IMG/VR virus record: IMGVR_UViG_3300037419_000894
Span: 1 to 64,000 of that record
DNA: 64,000 nt
Direction: 5' to 3' (one strand)
From: a virus
Taxonomy: Duplodnaviria; Caudoviricetes
The position numbers and the translations under genes were made by a program. Under the pieces are notes generated by a model. The model searched no databases and was not told the DNA's origin. It saw only the letters and a program-made list of their open reading frames with translations. This document shows positions 8,378 through 16,903 of this stretch, piece after piece. Position 1 is the stretch's first letter, and each line of letters opens with the position of its first letter.

Positions 8378-8623
8378 ATGACCACAATCGCAAAACGCCT
8401 CTCTAAGCACCTCGGCGGCAAGTGGGCCTACGACAATCTGTCTACTTGGTGGTGCGACGACAATAAGCGCAGCGTGTCCCGTTGCAGCGCGGGCGTCGAT
8501 GAGTTCGATAACGATCTCGGCCCTGCCCAATATTGGTTGTACGGCGACGGCAACCCCCGTCGTGCGGAGCAGTACATGTTCAAGCGACCATCACTCTTAA
8601 CACTCTTAAAGGACTCCCAATGA
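8378..8623 (+). CDS. Hypothetical protein
   Basis: AGGA RBS; 81 aa. Confidence 0.75.
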   Translation: MTTIAKRLSKHLGGKWAYDNLSTWWCDDNKRSVSRCSAGVDEFDNDLGPAQYWLYGDGNPRRAEQYMFKRPSLLTLLKDSQ

Positions 8624-8766
8624 ACCCGACCACAGTCTTCATCCACAGCAGTGGTATCCTTGCTGCCTACCTAGCTATCAGTTACACTACTCGCGGCGAG
8701 TACCTCCTAGCTTCGATTGAGGCAACCATTATGCTGTTCTTCGCCTCCCGCGAACCTAAGCCCTAA
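8620..8766 (+). CDS. Small membrane protein
   Basis: ATGA overlap with upstream stop; hydrophobic. Confidence 0.6.
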   Translation: MNPTTVFIHSSGILAAYLAISYTTRGEYLLASIEATIMLFFASREPKP

Positions 8767-8833
8767 AGCCCTAGCCAATGCCGACTAACCGCACGCCGGC
8801 ATTCCCGAGTGCTTTATCACCAAAGGAGCTACA

Positions 8834-9052
8834 ATGAAATTCAAACCATCGGAGCAAGTTGCCCACCCCCACATCCAACAATTGCGCAGTTCTGCAAGTT
8901 GGCTCGGTTCGTCCTTGCAGCACATTTATCTGAATTACGGTCTGTCCTACAAGCACCTCATGGAACGGCGCAACCAGCTGCTCAAAGGTCCAGGTCTCAC
9001 TGACAATGATCGCGAGCTGCTTAAAACGCTGGACGACATCCTTCACAGATAA
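8834..9052 (+). CDS. Hypothetical protein
   Basis: AAGGAG RBS. Confidence 0.8.
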   Translation: MKFKPSEQVAHPHIQQLRSSASWLGSSLQHIYLNYGLSYKHLMERRNQLLKGPGLTDNDRELLKTLDDILHR

Positions 9053-9070
9053 GCACAGATGGACCGCAAC

Positions 9071-9129
9071 AAGGTTCCACTGTTAGACGCTTACCACACA
9101 TGGCGGCGTCTAACGGGGCAATCTTGCCC
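9071..9129 (+). ncRNA. Junction pseudoknot motif copy E10
   Basis: AAGGTT ... GTTAGACGC/GCGTCTAAC hairpin ... GGGC-[AATCTT]-GCCC; 6-bp covaried pairing. Confidence 0.7.
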
Positions 9130-9144
9130 GACACAGGAGGTTAT

Positions 9145-10320
9145 ATGAAACGTTTCATTAGCACTCTCGCTGCGGCGATGGTTGCTGCTGGCGTCATGGC
9201 AGCTCCAAAGTCTGTAACACCCACTAAGACCGGAGCATTAACAGTCGCGTCTGGTCAAACGTGGTTTAGCGCAAACGGCATCACTTACGTTCCGGTGGGT
9301 CCGAAGTCGTATCCCGAAGGTGATTGGTATGTCCTCTGTGCTTACGATACTGTGGGCACCCTCAATTGCAAACGGCTCGTTCCAGTCTGGAGCATGAAAG
9401 GCATTTTGGTTCAGTCGCAACTTGGGGCGGATGGTACTCCAATCACAACCTACGCGCAAACTGAGATGTACAACGGCCAGGATGTCAGCGCGATGTCTCC
9501 AGTGGAAAAGGTGAATCTAGCGAAGTCTGTTCTAGACAGCCAGAGCCTAGCGATCGCCGTATTCGAAGCAAGGTTGGCTGACGCCATTACACAGTTCGAC
9601 AATGGTTGCGCCGCGGACGTCGGTTGCGAGACTTCGGCAAGTGCGATGCGCAGTGGTCGGGCGCCAAGCAGCTCGAGTGCCAAGGCAAGCAGCAGCGGTG
9701 CGAAGGCAGATTCGGAGCCTGAGCCTAGGAGCGCAAAACCTGCCGGTGGTAAACGCATGCAAACGGTGGAGGTTCCGGGGCAGATTCCCGACCCGGAATA
9801 CCCGCCCAACATGGGTGATCCTGTGCCTGATCCTGTGGCGGACCCAACTGCGCCGTCTGGTGATGGTGGCAACGACGCTGGCGGGCTGCCTGATCAGCCA
9901 GATGGTAGCGGAAGCTGGCGGAAATACAAGATGCCGAGCGAAACTTGCGTCGCGACTCCGCCGCTCCCCGGTATGCCTGTCGTCGGTGGTGGTTGCGTCG
10001 TCAGGGTTCCTGCACCGCACCCTGTTATTCCGCCGGACCCGGAGACCCAGCCGTTGCCTCCCCCGCCTACAGATTGGTGCAGGATCTTCCCGGGAGCCTG
10101 CGCCGGAGCTGATGGACTGCCTCCCAACGTCCCGAACCCGATGCGCGATATGTGCAATTCGCGGTTCTTGGTGAAGGCTATGCGTTGCTACCAGAAGCGC
10201 CTGGATGATCCAGCGCACGTGACCGACAGCGAAACGCGGGTCTGTGTTGCTGGAGCTCAGGCTCAGCTGGCGATCTGCGCCGCAGGAGCTCCGCCGGCGC
10301 TTGCTGCACCTAAGCAGTAA
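9145..10320 (+). CDS. Secreted Pro-rich, Cys-rich protein of unknown function
   Basis: AGGAGG RBS; signal peptide MKRFISTLAAAMVAAGVMA; 12 Cys; Pro-rich second half. Confidence 0.75.
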   Translation: MKRFISTLAAAMVAAGVMAAPKSVTPTKTGALTVASGQTWFSANGITYVPVGPKSYPEGDWYVLCAYDTVGTLNCKRLVPVWSMKGILVQSQLGADGTPITTYAQTEMYNGQDVSAMSPVEKVNLAKSVLDSQSLAIAVFEARLADAITQFDNGCAADVGCETSASAMRSGRAPSSSSAKASSSGAKADSEPEPRSAKPAGGKRMQTVEVPGQIPDPEYPPNMGDPVPDPVADPTAPSGDGGNDAGGLPDQPDGSGSWRKYKMPSETCVATPPLPGMPVVGGGCVVRVPAPHPVIPPDPETQPLPPPPTDWCRIFPGACAGADGLPPNVPNPMRDMCNSRFLVKAMRCYQKRLDDPAHVTDSETRVCVAGAQAQLAICAAGAPPALAAPKQ

Positions 10321-10379
10321 TCTGTAACCACGCCCGGTCGGAGATCATCCCGGCCGGGATTTTATCCACAGGAGGTACA

Positions 10380-10571
10380 ATGGACCCAAAGAAGCAACAC
10401 CGGTTACTCCGCAGTCAGGGAACCGACTGGTGGTACAGGGAACTGGCTGAACAAGCAGCTAACGCACGCATGGAGCGCGAAATTGCTGAATCGTTCAACC
10501 GTCCCCATCTGTACTTGATCGCGCACAACCCGCACATCCCATCCAAACCTAAATACAGGAGGCCAATGTGA
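10380..10571 (+). CDS. Hypothetical protein
   Basis: AGGAGG RBS. Confidence 0.75.
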   Translation: MDPKKQHRLLRSQGTDWWYRELAEQAANARMEREIAESFNRPHLYLIAHNPHIPSKPKYRRPM

Positions 10572-10945
10572 ACAAAATAACCATCTCTTGCGTACCCAAA
10601 TTCATCATGAACTTGTCGCTGGCAGAATGCCAGTTAATCCGAGCGCTAGCAAGTTGGCACTATGACGTAAAATGCAGAAATGCTGGCCACGTAGGCGGGT
10701 TCCTTTACGGTTGGATGAATCAGCTAACGCCTGCTGACGAGAACGACACCGAAGAAAGGTTCGTTAGCGCTTCGTTCGGTGAGCTCGACTTAGTCCTTAA
10801 GATCTTAGAGGTTATGCACTCTTGGCGAGATGATGCTGAGCGCAAAGCCCTTCGCAAAATAGACCTTCAAATAAGGACTGCGCTCAAAGAATCTAACCGC
10901 ATCATGCCAACTCTCAGCTTTGAAGTCGATCTGTCCCACATCTAA
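10568..10945 (+). CDS. Hypothetical protein
   Basis: Overlaps upstream stop; GGAGG RBS. Confidence 0.75.
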   Translation: MNKITISCVPKFIMNLSLAECQLIRALASWHYDVKCRNAGHVGGFLYGWMNQLTPADENDTEERFVSASFGELDLVLKILEVMHSWRDDAERKALRKIDLQIRTALKESNRIMPTLSFEVDLSHI

Positions 10946-10997
10946 AGCGAAAGCTAATGCTAGTTCCATGAGCTAGCATTGTCGAGCGCTTTGCTCG
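10944..10997 (+). ncRNA. Junction pseudoknot motif copy E11
   Basis: AAAGC ... AATGCTAG/CTAGCATT hairpin ... CGAGC-[GCTTT]-GCTCG. Confidence 0.75.
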
Positions 10998-11012
10998 TAA
11001 CAGGAGAAACAA

Positions 11013-11273
11013 ATGGAATTATCCAGAGCAGGTATGGTGTGGTCACAACAGGAGCTTGAACAACTCCGCACCAATTTCGGTTCAGGTATGGACCTTGAAG
11101 AGCTAATGCGGACGCAGGGTCGGTCTGCATACGCTATCATTGCGAAGCTTCAGGAGATGGGCTTGATTGTGCTGGTCGGCCGTAGCAGCTACCACAAGGT
11201 TGTTCCGGATGCGTGGATTACCTCCGAAGGTATCCACTTTATCAACAAGCAATCAAAGGGTGGCGCAAAATGA
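11013..11273 (+). CDS. Small Myb/SANT-like helix-turn-helix protein
   Basis: W-S-x2-E-x3-L...GRS-x2-AI-x2-KL pattern; CAGGAG RBS. Confidence 0.55.
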   Translation: MELSRAGMVWSQQELEQLRTNFGSGMDLEELMRTQGRSAYAIIAKLQEMGLIVLVGRSSYHKVVPDAWITSEGIHFINKQSKGGAK

Positions 11274-11590
11274 TCAACGCAAACCAAATACGACTCCAGC
11301 ATGTCACCGAGTTCCAACTTTGGGACGGCGAAATGACCGTGCATGCCTTTCAACATATCGGCGCCCACGGCTTCCCAAGCGCTGCAATCGTCATCACACG
11401 TATGGACGACCCAATCGAAACACGAGTGTGGTCAGGATACGGGCGTTACAAGCCTAGCGAAAAGCCAACTGAAGCTCACATGAGTCAGTGGATTGCAGAT
11501 CAACTTAATCGCTTAGCAACGGGCGCCTATGGCAGCACGTCAGCAATTGTTGAAATTCGTTCGCCTGATGTAAGGATCATCTATGGGTAA
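11270..11590 (+). CDS. Hypothetical protein
   Basis: ATGA overlap with upstream stop. Confidence 0.7.
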   Translation: MINANQIRLQHVTEFQLWDGEMTVHAFQHIGAHGFPSAAIVITRMDDPIETRVWSGYGRYKPSEKPTEAHMSQWIADQLNRLATGAYGSTSAIVEIRSPDVRIIYG

Positions 11591-11978
11591 GCACTACCGC
11601 GACCCGAAAGACAAGCCCACATTGTTGGAGCAACACTACAATGATGTGGACAAGTACCCGTCGCCTTACCACACTCTCAAAGACGTGTGCGAAGCACTGC
11701 TCAACGCTCCGGCCGACAGCGAGGGTGCACAGCGCGTGCTGTACGCTGTGCTAGTGCCTGAAAATCCGGTCCGCGACAAGCAAGCGCATTGCAGGTATTA
11801 TCTCACTTATGCAGGTGCTAAAGCTTGGATCGAAGGACATAACAGCACGCGCGTTACCAAGCAGAACGAAGGCAACAAGCGCAAGGCGAAATTGCTAGTG
11901 TACAGCCCTGATGAGATGCGTACCTACCTCATTCAACTTGCACCACAAAACAACGAGGGGAGCAATGAGTCTAGTTGA
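11583..11978 (+). CDS. Hypothetical protein
   Basis: AAGGA RBS; 131 aa. Confidence 0.75.
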   Translation: MGKHYRDPKDKPTLLEQHYNDVDKYPSPYHTLKDVCEALLNAPADSEGAQRVLYAVLVPENPVRDKQAHCRYYLTYAGAKAWIEGHNSTRVTKQNEGNKRKAKLLVYSPDEMRTYLIQLAPQNNEGSNESS

Positions 11979-12123
11979 CTTCTTATTCGAGAAACGCACC
12001 AAGCTCGAGCTAGCAAAAGAGCTTGCCAAGACGGCACACGAGAACGCAGCTCTGCGCAACCGCGTGTACGAACTTGAGCATGAGCTTTTCTGGCTCAAGG
12101 CAATCACACCACCACAGGAGTAA
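11965..12123 (+). CDS. Small coiled-coil protein
   Basis: GGGGAG RBS; heptad-like ELAKELAKTAHENAALRNRVYELE. Confidence 0.7.
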   Translation: MSLVDFLFEKRTKLELAKELAKTAHENAALRNRVYELEHELFWLKAITPPQE

Positions 12124-12233
12124 TTATGACTAATCCGACCAATCAAAAACAGCTCAAGTAGCGCCACAGCGTAAGCCCTTCAGTGGGCTTACTCGGTTGC
12201 ACTGCTGTCAATAACCACAACAGGGAGCTTACA

Positions 12234-12428
12234 ATGGAACAAGAAGAAATCTGGATTAACGGTGTGCAGTATGAAGCAAAGCGAGCAACGCTCAGCCACG
12301 GTTGCTCAGGTTGCGTAGCCTATCAACTGTTACCTAGCGGCTCGAGGTACATCAATCAGCAGTTGTGTGGTCAACTTCCGAAGTGTGTAGCACCTAATGT
12401 AGTCTTTACTCTCAAACAGGAGAAATAA
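12234..12428 (+). CDS. Small Cys-containing protein
   Basis: GGGAG RBS; CxxC plus two more Cys. Confidence 0.7.
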   Translation: MEQEEIWINGVQYEAKRATLSHGCSGCVAYQLLPSGSRYINQQLCGQLPKCVAPNVVFTLKQEK

Positions 12429-12908
12429 ATGCGTAAAGTTCAAATTCTGGCTCGTGAGCTCGATGCGGGCGACATCCTCGTCACGGACGATGCTCGCGAC
12501 GTTGTTACCCAAGTCATTGATACTGGTGAACCTCTGATCACCGTATGCGCAGCACGGTTAGGCCTGGGGAACTGCTCGGACTATCCTGTCAACTGGCATC
12601 GAGATTCGAAGGTCTTTGTCGAGCGTCCGCTGCCGAACCCAATGGATGGCTTGTATGCTATCGGTACGCCGGTGCTTGTGGACGTCGATGTGGACATGTT
12701 TCGCACTGGTGTAGTGTGCGGCGTAAGGGTGGAAACAAAGGTCGTCGCATCGCTTGTGAGCAACGTTACGCCTGAAAACGCAAGTTCAAATGTGCAATAT
12801 CAAATTATTTGGACCAAAGGGTCTGTAGGAACAAACCACCCTTGGTTCGAGCAACATCTCGTTAAGGCTACAGCATCTGAGTTTCATCAAATCAAAAAGT
12901 TCCTATAA
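12429..12908 (+). CDS. Hypothetical protein
   Basis: CAGGAG RBS; 159 aa. Confidence 0.8.
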   Translation: MRKVQILARELDAGDILVTDDARDVVTQVIDTGEPLITVCAARLGLGNCSDYPVNWHRDSKVFVERPLPNPMDGLYAIGTPVLVDVDVDMFRTGVVCGVRVETKVVASLVSNVTPENASSNVQYQIIWTKGSVGTNHPWFEQHLVKATASEFHQIKKFL

Positions 12909-12975
12909 CAGTGCTACAACGCAAGCTCCTGCCCATGCGGTGGGCTTGCTTGGTAACACTCACAAAGGAGGAAGT

Positions 12976-13263
12976 ATGAAACATACTACTGAAACAGAAG
13001 ATTTTGTCCTCGCAACCGAGGACGGCAAACAGTTCGTGCAGGTCAAGAGGGGTGCTTGGAATGATACACCGTACATCGAACTCACGACGGAGTTTGCGCG
13101 AGCTACTCCAATGAAGTCTGAGTCGGTCTTTCGGACGCACAGCATCACAATCAAAGATTATTGCGGAGCAACGCGCCGCATCCCAATTAAGATCACTCGC
13201 GTAGTCGAAGTGATGACTGAGGAGCTTAATTTTAACCTGCCTCCGGAGGACGGACATGGCTAA
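12976..13263 (+). CDS. Hypothetical protein
   Basis: AAGGAGG RBS. Confidence 0.8.
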   Translation: MKHTTETEDFVLATEDGKQFVQVKRGAWNDTPYIELTTEFARATPMKSESVFRTHSITIKDYCGATRRIPIKITRVVEVMTEELNFNLPPEDGHG

Positions 13264-13627
13264 CCCTGCGCACACTCGACGTGCTACAGCTCAGGAGGCT
13301 GTAGAATTTAATCAGATGCGGTGGCAGTCTAAAAACTGGCAGCGTCTGCATGAGTTGAGTCTGGAATTTGTTCGCACAGGTTCATTCAAGTGTAAAGAAG
13401 ACCAACAAGCTCACTCTGAAGTGACTAAGGCTTGGCATGCTGAACTTATGACTTCGAAGTTCCGCTTCGGGGCACATGGCTTGCAGGTGGTCAAAGAACG
13501 CAATGAGCGAGTTGTGCGCCCCAAGCGCACCGCAGGCAGGGCTTTTTACAGCCATTGTGAACTGTGCACAAGGCCTCTAGTTGGCGCAGAACGAAAGAGT
13601 CCTGCTTGTGCAGATTGCTCACCTTAA
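13256..13627 (+). CDS. Hypothetical protein with C-terminal zinc ribbon
   Basis: CELC...CADC; GGAGG RBS. Confidence 0.75.
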   Translation: MANPAHTRRATAQEAVEFNQMRWQSKNWQRLHELSLEFVRTGSFKCKEDQQAHSEVTKAWHAELMTSKFRFGAHGLQVVKERNERVVRPKRTAGRAFYSHCELCTRPLVGAERKSPACADCSP

Positions 13628-13681
13628 TTAACGGACCCAAATGCAGCATTGGTATCCGTGCGTGCGGGCGTATAACGCGCG

Positions 13682-13690
13682 TGTTATAAT
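13682..13690 (+). promoter_or_regulatory. Consensus extended -10 promoter element
   Basis: TGtTATAAT 50 nt upstream of ATG 13741. Confidence 0.6.
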
Positions 13691-13740
13691 GTTGTTTGCT
13701 GTACCTTTCACCTTGTAGTTCTACAATCAAAGGAACTAAG

Positions 13741-14001
13741 ATGACTAAAGTATCTGAAAAACGGCCCAACGGCCCGTTCGACCTGCGCATCAGCGAGCGG
13801 CAGCGTAAGCTGCTGGTGCGTGCGCTCACCGAAGGTTTGTCGGACGACTTCGTCCTGACACTCATGTCCGAGAACGCGCAGAGTGTGGTCATGGGCAACA
13901 ATCTCCAACAACTCCAAGAGTTGACCAGCATGCTCAGCACCCTTCCCGACAACAATGTAGCGGGCATGCTGCACGCTCTTTTGCATGCGAGCGAACGATG
14001 A
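13741..14001 (+). CDS. Hypothetical protein, probable paralog of 2982-3239
   Basis: AAGGA RBS; ISERQRKLL...MLSTLP...GMLH. Confidence 0.75.
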   Translation: MTKVSEKRPNGPFDLRISERQRKLLVRALTEGLSDDFVLTLMSENAQSVVMGNNLQQLQELTSMLSTLPDNNVAGMLHALLHASER

Positions 14002-14288
14002 CCACACAACAGCGCACAATCAAGACGGTTTACCGTTTTCAAGGCGAAGAGACCAAGGTGACCACAGCCTGCAATCCCAACCGCGCTGTCGCTAAATGCG
14101 TCGAGCACTTGCAAGTGAATGACTACGGCGCAACGGTTGCCGAGGTCTACGATCGCGAAAGCGGGGTTTTGCACGCCATTGTCAAGCGTAGCATTAACGG
14201 TAGCATTAACATTGCCTACCGTTACAACCCTGAAGACTTCAAACCCATGCGTCTGTCTCTCGGCGCACTGCTGGAGGAAAAGAAATGA
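13998..14288 (+). CDS. Hypothetical protein
   Basis: ATGA overlap; 96 aa. Confidence 0.75.
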   Translation: MTTQQRTIKTVYRFQGEETKVTTACNPNRAVAKCVEHLQVNDYGATVAEVYDRESGVLHAIVKRSINGSINIAYRYNPEDFKPMRLSLGALLEEKK

Positions 14289-14548
14289 CCACACCATCAT
14301 TCAGAACGCTCAAGGCGCTACGCATGTGGCACTGGCAGCAGATGAAGACGCACCGTGCAGAGCAAGACCGCTTGGAACGGCTTGTGGATCAATCAACTCG
14401 CGCGCACCACAAGAAAGAGTATCGCGAGGAGGCGCGTCAGCACCGCATGCTAGCAGACCTCCACCTATCTGCTGTGCAAGTGCTGAACGACAGTGTGCCT
14501 GGAACTGCTGAACAAGACTGCGCAGAGGAGGACGCTCAAAAGACTTAA
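14285..14548 (+). CDS. Hypothetical helical protein
   Basis: GGAGG RBS; ATGA overlap. Confidence 0.75.
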   Translation: MTTPSFRTLKALRMWHWQQMKTHRAEQDRLERLVDQSTRAHHKKEYREEARQHRMLADLHLSAVQVLNDSVPGTAEQDCAEEDAQKT

Positions 14549-14596
14549 AGTTCCAGCGTATGCCCTTCACCGGGCATACTCGGGCGCTTTGACCCG
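14547..14596 (+). ncRNA. Junction pseudoknot motif copy E12
   Basis: AAAGT ... GTATGCCC/GGGCATAC hairpin ... CGGGC-[GCTTT]-GACCCG (one bulge). Confidence 0.7.
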
Positions 14597-14622
14597 TAAC
14601 CTCCACAAACAAAGGAGCTTGT

Positions 14623-16077
14623 ATGTCAAGAACTTGGTCACCCTATCAACAAACCATCTTTGCTTTCGTTGCTGAAGCGAATGCTGGTAACGCAATCGTG
14701 AACGCAGTTGCTGGTTCTGGTAAATCTACAACTATTGTCGAAGCCTGTAACCACATCCCGTCCGGGCAAACGCACCTCATGCTCGCGTTCAACAAGTCGA
14801 TCGCAGAGGAGCTGAAGGAACGCGGCGTCAACGCTCGCACCTTCCACTCGCTGACGTACACGCCTGTGACGCGTGCTAAAGGCACGTCGTCGGTGGATTC
14901 GAACAAGCTGCGCACCATCTGCAAGATGAAGATGCCCAGCAAGGACGAATTCTTGTACGCCAACTTCTGCTGCCGGCTGGTTGGCATCGTGCGCCAAATG
15001 GGTATCGGGTTTCTATGCCCGGATGAGCGCTGGGTGTACGAAGACGTCATCGATCACCACATGCTCGAACTGGACAGCGAGAATGCTGAACTGGACGTGG
15101 CAATCGACTACGCCCAAAAGCTGCTCACATGGTCCAACGCTAGCCCGGTGGTCGATTTTGACGATCTGCTGTACCTCGCAGTGAAAGACAATATTGCGCT
15201 GCCGAAGTACGACTTCATCTTCGTTGACGAAGCCCAGGACACCAACGCTATCCAGCGTGAAATCCTGCGCAAGATCATGAAACCAACCTCGCGCATCATT
15301 GCAGTGGGCGACCCGGCACAAGCAATCTACGGCTTCCGCGGCGCCGACAGCAACTCGCTCAAGCGCATTGAAGACCAGTTCGGTGCAACCAACCTGCCGC
15401 TGACCGTTTCGTATCGCTGCGGCACCGAGATCGTCAAGTACGCTCAGCAGTGGGTGCAGCACATTGAACCCGCGCCGGGTGCTCCGGCAGGTGTGGTCAA
15501 CGATCTCAACAAGGACTGGAACACTGGCATGTTCCAGTCGGACGACCTTATCGTCTGCCGTACAACGAAGCCACTGGTCGCGCTGGCGTACAGGCTGCTG
15601 CGCGATCGCATCCCAGCGAAAATTATGGGGCGCGACATTGGTGCGGGTCTGATCTCACTCATCAAGCGTCAGAAAGCTACCAGCATTGATCAGCTGATCG
15701 AACGCGTTAGCAACTGGGCAGCGCGTGAAGCGGATGCAGCATTGCTGCAAGGTAAGGAGTCCAAAGCGCAGGCGCAACAGGACAAGGCTGACGCTATTAT
15801 CGTGCTGTGCGAAACCCTGCCGGAGCACGAGCGCACGGTCGAACATCTGGTGGAGGTCATCAACAACCTGTTCACCGACCGCGCGAGCAACTGCCTCACC
15901 CTTGCCACTATCCACAAGGCTAAGGGCATGGAAGCTGACCGCGTGTGGTGGCTCAACCGCCGGCAGTGCCCTGCAAAATGGGCCAAGAAAGACTGGATGC
16001 AAGAGCAGGAACGAAACCTTTGCTATGTCGCCACGACGCGAGCAAAATCTGAACTCAACCTTATTGAGGAGCGTTAA
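14623..16077 (+). CDS. UvrD/Rep-like SF1 helicase
   Basis: AVAGSGKST, FVDEAQD, VGDPAQAIYGFRG, TIHKAKGME, YVATTRAK. Confidence 0.95.
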   Translation: MSRTWSPYQQTIFAFVAEANAGNAIVNAVAGSGKSTTIVEACNHIPSGQTHLMLAFNKSIAEELKERGVNARTFHSLTYTPVTRAKGTSSVDSNKLRTICKMKMPSKDEFLYANFCCRLVGIVRQMGIGFLCPDERWVYEDVIDHHMLELDSENAELDVAIDYAQKLLTWSNASPVVDFDDLLYLAVKDNIALPKYDFIFVDEAQDTNAIQREILRKIMKPTSRIIAVGDPAQAIYGFRGADSNSLKRIEDQFGATNLPLTVSYRCGTEIVKYAQQWVQHIEPAPGAPAGVVNDLNKDWNTGMFQSDDLIVCRTTKPLVALAYRLLRDRIPAKIMGRDIGAGLISLIKRQKATSIDQLIERVSNWAAREADAALLQGKESKAQAQQDKADAIIVLCETLPEHERTVEHLVEVINNLFTDRASNCLTLATIHKAKGMEADRVWWLNRRQCPAKWAKKDWMQEQERNLCYVATTRAKSELNLIEER

Positions 16078-16078
16078 A

Positions 16079-16282
16079 ATGCAATCATTAAAGAGCCCGA
16101 CTCACGAACAACTGATTCAAGCTCACACCGACATTGTAAGCGTTGACGAGAATGTCGAAATTGTCGTGGACAAAATCGGTCACGTTGTGTGGGTGAACAT
16201 CGCGGGCGCGTGCGTCCTACGTGTTCACGGCGCAAGGAATGTGGTCATCAAGGACGAACGCAACAAAAAACCAGCCAACTGA
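16079..16282 (+). CDS. Small hypothetical protein
   Basis: GAGGAG RBS; its TGA stop lies inside the HHR-2 core. Confidence 0.75.
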   Translation: MQSLKSPTHEQLIQAHTDIVSVDENVEIVVDKIGHVVWVNIAGACVLRVHGARNVVIKDERNKKPAN

Positions 16283-16335
16283 AGAGCTCTCGGTCTAATA
16301 TGAGCGAAACGCCCAGAACATCGGGCGTCTTGGTT
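16273..16335 (+). ncRNA. Hammerhead ribozyme, type I (HHR-2)
   Basis: Stem I AGCCAA/TTGGTT; CTGAAGA 16279-16285; stem II GCTC/GAGC; GAAA 16306-16309; stem III CGCCC/GGGCG; GTC 16327-16329. Confidence 0.9.
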
Positions 16336-16359
16336 AATCCACAAACAAAGGAGAACACA

Positions 16360-16746
16360 ATGGCTGCAATCAACAATCGAGATTTGAACTTTATTCTGAC
16401 CACTGTCATTGAAGGTGGTAGCGCCTACTGGGCGAATGATAGTGATGTGTGTCAAACTGTTGAAATCAAACGTGAAGCAGACTCTGATGAAGATTTGCGC
16501 TCATTGAAGTTGGTTAGTGAGATCAAAATAACCACAGACGTCGATGGCAAAGGTTGGAAAACTCAGACCATTACTGCAACTGAAATGCGCAAGGCGCTGA
16601 AAGCAATGAAGGAAGATCAGAAATTGCCTGAGCATCTGCGCAAAATGGCTCGTAAGCTTCTGAATAATGGCGACGAAGATTACGATGCTGGCGACGCTGA
16701 CGTGATCTTTCAATACGCTCTGTTTGGTGAAATCGTGTTTGGTTAA
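16360..16746 (+). CDS. Hypothetical phage protein
   Basis: AAGGAG RBS; EGGSAYWA...DAGDADVIFQYALFGEIVFG. Confidence 0.85.
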   Translation: MAAINNRDLNFILTTVIEGGSAYWANDSDVCQTVEIKREADSDEDLRSLKLVSEIKITTDVDGKGWKTQTITATEMRKALKAMKEDQKLPEHLRKMARKLLNNGDEDYDAGDADVIFQYALFGEIVFG

Positions 16747-16903
16747 GCTAGCTGCGCACCGCAACAGCGCTAAGCACGCACGGCAAGCACCCGCCATTGC
16801 GCTCCTGCAGGGTTGCGCATACCCGCACTAGGGTGCACACTGTTAAAGCGCTTGTAGCGCGCATTTAAACGTGCTACAAGCGTGCCTCAAATTTGGAGAT
16901 TAG

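Noticed and set aside
10361-10369. Single DnaA-box-like TTATCCACA, and similarity of TGACCACAC to DnaA boxes
   Set aside because: One copy is expected by chance; the enriched 9-mer differs at conserved DnaA-box positions.
1874-14596. Junction repeats as a CRISPR array or anti-CRISPR RNA
   Set aside because: Copies are separated by whole genes and conserve structure rather than sequence; no cas operon.
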